From Bacteroidota bacterium (GTDB lineage Bacteria; Bacteroidota; Bacteroidia; 2-12-FULL-35-15), in assembly GCA_021323165.1 (NCBI GenBank), contig JAJTCJ010000001.1, positions 14,205 through 78,204 of the forward strand: a stretch of 64,000 nucleotides of DNA. The letters run 5' to 3'. Of the stretch, positions 60,229 through 64,000 are shown piece after piece. The notes under the pieces were generated by a model. It saw only the letters and a list, made by a program, of their open reading frames with translations. It was not told the origin of the DNA and did not search any database. How positions within the stretch are numbered: position 1 is the stretch's first letter; each line of letters starts with the position of its first letter. The position numbers and the translations under genes are program-made.

Positions 60229-62331
60229 ATGGGTAAGCATATATTTAGATTTATTACAACAGCTCTGTTTACATGTCTTATGTTTTTTTGCGCACAGTGT
60301 CAGATAAATACAATTGATTCTTTGCGAAAAGAAGTGATCAGACTCGAACATGTATCTCCGGGAATTACAAAAGATACATCTCTTATAAACGCTTATTATT
60401 CACTCGCAGAAGAATTTTACAACGAAGATAATCATACGATGGAACAGGTTTACACAAATCTGGCATTGGAGATCATTACACCATTACTTGAAAAACCGGT
60501 AAAGGATAAAAAGTTAGAAAAGTGGCTTATTCATGAGCAAAGCACAGGGTTTGGAAACAAAGGAAGCTATTATCAGGATATAGGTGATCTTCCGAAAGCA
60601 CTGGATTTTCATTTTAAGGCATTAAGGAATGATGAAGGGATTGATCATACAATCGGCATAGAACGACACCTGTGTAATATCGCGATCGCCTATGGTGATC
60701 TGAATGAACATAAGAAATCATTGGATTACTATTTTAAGGCACTTAAGTATGCTAAGAAAGCTAAGGCAAAGGATTCTGAAGCGAATCTTTATGGAAATAT
60801 AGCTACAGCTTATTATTATCTTAATGAGAATGATAAGGCTTTGATGTATGAAAGCAAGTCTCTTGAAATGTTTAAGGAATTAAAGGACACTTCGGGGATT
60901 GCTTTTGTGCTTGGTAATATTGGTGTTACTTACAAGGATATAGGTCAGGATAAAATGGATGCGGGGAAAGATCCGAAAGACATTTCTGAATTTTATACTT
61001 CTGTTGTCTATTATAAAAAAGCGCTTTCTCTCATTGGTCCAAACGGAGATAAATCGACAAGAGCCATTGATCTTGGCAGCCTTGGCTCGGTTTATACAAG
61101 CATTGGAAATTATGCTGAAGCAGAAAAACATTTACTCGCATCTATGGAGCTATCCAAAGAAATAAATGATCTTTTTGGAATAATGGAGATCAATGAAAAT
61201 CTCAGTGAACTTTATTTTGCTATAGCCGCACAGAAGAATATAAGTCCACAAGCAAGAGCAGGATTTTTAGAAAAAGCGTATCAAAGGATGATTGATCATA
61301 ACACTGCTAAGGATTCACTTTTTAATAAAGACAAGACAGATGATATTACCCGCAAGGAAATGAATTATGAGTATGAAAAGAAAGAGGCGATAGATATGGC
61401 TACCAGGGAGGCAGAAAAGCGAACGCAGCGAATAATTATTATTTCGGTGATAAGCCTTATGCTTTTATCGCTGATTTTTTCTGTTTTTATTTTCCGTTCA
61501 TTCCGGATCGCTAAAAAGCAAAAGAAGCTGATTGAATTTCAAAAGCAGGAAGTGGAAGAACACAGAAAAGGGATTATTGATTCCATTACATATGCTAAAC
61601 GAATTCAGGAAGCTTTATTAAAGGATGAGGACCATGTAACAAAACATTTGCCCGAGCATTTTGTATTATATAAACCTAAAGATATTGTATCCGGTGACTT
61701 TTACTGGAGCACGGAAAAAAAGGGCCATTGGTATATCTGTGTTGCTGATTGCACTGGTCACGGAGTACCTGGTGCTTTTATGAGTATGTTGGGCATTGCT
61801 TATCTTAATGAAATTAATGCTTCTGAAGAATTGTTTGGTCCTGCAGAAATATTGAACAGGCTACGGGAAAAAATAGTGAAGGAATTAAAGCAAACCGGAA
61901 GCAGCGGGGAAAGTCACGATGGAATGGATATCTCAATGATGCGCCTGAATCTCCAAACAAAGGAAATGGTCTGGGCAGGAGCTAATAATGCATTGTGGAT
62001 CGCGGTAAATGAAAATGGTGAAACTGTAATAAGGACCATTGAACCGGATAAACAGCCTATAGGTTTTACATTCGAACCGGAGCCTTTTACGGAACATGTA
62101 TTTCAACTTGATCATAGGGATACGGTCTATTTGTTTAGCGATGGTTATGCAGATCAGTTTGGGGGTCCGAAAGGAAAAAAATTCAAGAGTAAACAATTAC
62201 AGGAAAAACTTTTGGATATAAACCAAGAGGCGTTGTCAGCTCAGAAAGAAATCCTTGAACAGAGCTTTGAGCATTGGCGTGGTGATCTTGAGCAACTTGA
62301 TGATGTCGCTATTATAGGAATAAGGGTTTAA
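60229..62331 (+). CDS. Second TPR-TM-SpoIIE/PP2C sensor phosphatase (start probably ATG 60229)
   Basis: TPR-like repeats, TM, KDIVSGDFYW, ADCTGHGVPGA, DGMDIS, FSDGYADQFGG, LDDVA. Confidence 0.9.
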   Translation: MGKHIFRFITTALFTCLMFFCAQCQINTIDSLRKEVIRLEHVSPGITKDTSLINAYYSLAEEFYNEDNHTMEQVYTNLALEIITPLLEKPVKDKKLEKWLIHEQSTGFGNKGSYYQDIGDLPKALDFHFKALRNDEGIDHTIGIERHLCNIAIAYGDLNEHKKSLDYYFKALKYAKKAKAKDSEANLYGNIATAYYYLNENDKALMYESKSLEMFKELKDTSGIAFVLGNIGVTYKDIGQDKMDAGKDPKDISEFYTSVVYYKKALSLIGPNGDKSTRAIDLGSLGSVYTSIGNYAEAEKHLLASMELSKEINDLFGIMEINENLSELYFAIAAQKNISPQARAGFLEKAYQRMIDHNTAKDSLFNKDKTDDITRKEMNYEYEKKEAIDMATREAEKRTQRIIIISVISLMLLSLIFSVFIFRSFRIAKKQKKLIEFQKQEVEEHRKGIIDSITYAKRIQEALLKDEDHVTKHLPEHFVLYKPKDIVSGDFYWSTEKKGHWYICVADCTGHGVPGAFMSMLGIAYLNEINASEELFGPAEILNRLREKIVKELKQTGSSGESHDGMDISMMRLNLQTKEMVWAGANNALWIAVNENGETVIRTIEPDKQPIGFTFEPEPFTEHVFQLDHRDTVYLFSDGYADQFGGPKGKKFKSKQLQEKLLDINQEALSAQKEILEQSFEHWRGDLEQLDDVAIIGIRV

Positions 62332-62419
62332 ATCAATTTTCTGTTCTCTTTATTCATTTGCACCCTCTTGATTATTTGAAAAAAAGGACTAATTTTAATT
62401 AGCTCTAAATAATTACCTC

Positions 62420-64000
62420 ATGCGAAAACTACTCCTCGCTCTATTTACTTTCGCCCATTTTTTATCTTATTCACAAACATGGAATGATGTAGGTGGCGGA
62501 CTAGGTGGTGATACTCATGGTTTTACGGTTTGGAATAATCTTCTGGCAATTGGTGGAAGTTTTAATAATTCACCTTGTGATAAGATCGCAGCGTGGGACA
62601 GTACTGCATTCAGCTGTTTTGGAACGGGCGTTGAAATTGTGGTGAGAGCTGTGATATCTTATCAGGGCGACCTTGTTGCAGTTGGCGATTTCTGGAATAT
62701 CAATCAGCCGTGTACAGATTGTAATGGGGTAGCAAAATGGGATGGAACTCAATGGTCGAATTTGGGTTCAGGGTTTAACAATGATGTATTGTGTCTTACA
62801 ATATGGAATGGAGACCTGATTGCCGGTGGTGATTTTACAACTGCAGACGGCAATCCCTGCAATGGTGTGGCAAGATGGAATGGTGTGTCATGGCAGCCAA
62901 TCGGAGACCCCGCAACATTCGATAATGATGTTAGAGCACTTGCGGTTTACAATGGAGATCTTTGGGTGGGAGGCGATTTTTCAAATGCCGGAGGGTGTAC
63001 AGCCTGCGATAGAATAGTTAGATGGGATGGCTCAGCATGGGTTGGAGGAAACAGCGGAGTTGATATTGCCGGTGGGCTTGATAGTACTGTGCGTGTTTTG
63101 TATGTTGATCCTTCCAGTAATAAACTTTATATGGGAGGTCACTTTATTGAAGTTGGAGGAAATACTAACTGCAGCGGTATTGCAGTCTATGACGGCAACT
63201 CCTGGTCTTCTCTTGGAACTGGGGTTAACAGCTATGTGAGAGCTATACATAAGTATAATGGGAATATAATTGCAGGTGGTGATTTCACTTCTGCAGGAGG
63301 AACCCCGGCAAACAAGGTAGCGAAATGGCAGCCCGCCTCTTCGTCCTGGACAGCAATGGGTTCAGGAATGAACGGTTATATAAGAGCTCTGCAGGAATAT
63401 AAAGGTGAGCTTTATGCCGGTGGAGAATTTACTGAAGCTGATGGACTGTCAAGGGAATATATTGCAAGATGGAAAGAGGTCCCTTCTACTCCTCCTGTTT
63501 CAAACTTCAACATGAGCTCTTCAACAATTTGTCAGGGTCAGTGTATAAATTTCACCGACAACAGTACCAACTCTCCAACCAGCTGGAGCTGGACCTTTCC
63601 TGGAGGAAGTCCATCCTCTTCAAATTTTACAAATCAGGCAGTGTGCTTTAATGCTCCAGGAAACTATGTGATCTCTCTTACTGTAACAAATGCATATGGT
63701 TCCACTACAAGTAATCAAATGATCACAGTTAATTCAGTAATGGCAAATGCAGGCCCCGATACAGCTATCTGCGGTGGTCAGAGCACATAATCCACTTTCA
63801 GATGTTACTTATACGGTAACGGTTACTGATGCATCCGGTTGTACCGACCAGGACTCTGTTTCAATAACTGTAGATCTTTGTACAGGCATTGAGGAATCAA
63901 CCAGTAATACTGGTATAACTATTAACCCTAATCCGTTTGGCTCTAACACCTTGATTAAGGTGAAGGGTAAAGATCCGCACACTCTTACTATCAGAGTGTT
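62420..64000 (+). pseudogene. Secreted 7-bladed beta-propeller plus PKD protein whose T9SS CTD is out of frame (ORF stops at 63790; CTD frame 63789 to window end)
   Basis: Seven W..lG.G.n..V...GG.F...iA.W repeats, PKD domain, AGPDTAICGGQST then TAA; the shifted frame reads NPLSDVTYTVTVTDASGC...GIEE...INPNPF. Confidence 0.75.

Noticed and set aside
1-64000. Remaining 60-180 aa ORFs overlapping larger genes; tRNA, rRNA, IS, integrase or prophage
   Set aside because: Nested ORFs are antisense or alternate-frame shadows without motifs; no RNA-gene or mobile-element signature was seen.

Overview
AT-rich chromosomal window from a Bacteroidota bacterium (gldH, T9SS C-terminal sorting domains, TAnnTTTG promoters). 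1-13.6 kb is housekeeping: partial nadA, a 608-bp intergenic region packed with DnaA-box-like 9-mers (candidate oriC), rpiB, M28 peptidase, lutB, ybeY, pgk, holB-ricT-gldH-PBP1A and scoAB, with short 7-8-mer repeats in several spacers. 13.6-30.7 kb is an unusual array of eight polytopic GT-C-like glycosyltransferases, one polyprenyl-phosphate-sugar synthase-like GT2 and two lipoproteins, which share shuffled fascin-like beta-trefoil and CBM-like domains; one member is frameshifted. 30.7-42.9 kb holds an ABC ATPase, exonuclease, serine hydrolase, a MarR-RND efflux operon and an LpxR-family gene. 43-58 kb holds a candidate beta-glucan synthesis/decoration system: a processive GT2 fused to a degenerate GH26 and an intact clan GH-A (GH158-like) domain, a CBM-tipped LtaS-like transferase, a secreted paralog of the GH-A domain and a T9SS-secreted GH26. 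The rest is TPR-SpoIIE sensors, PLD, AlkB-like, YpfJ and a T9SS beta-propeller gene broken by an apparent deletion. No rRNA, tRNA, CRISPR or mobile element was recognised. All family calls are by-eye motif recognition, with no searches run.
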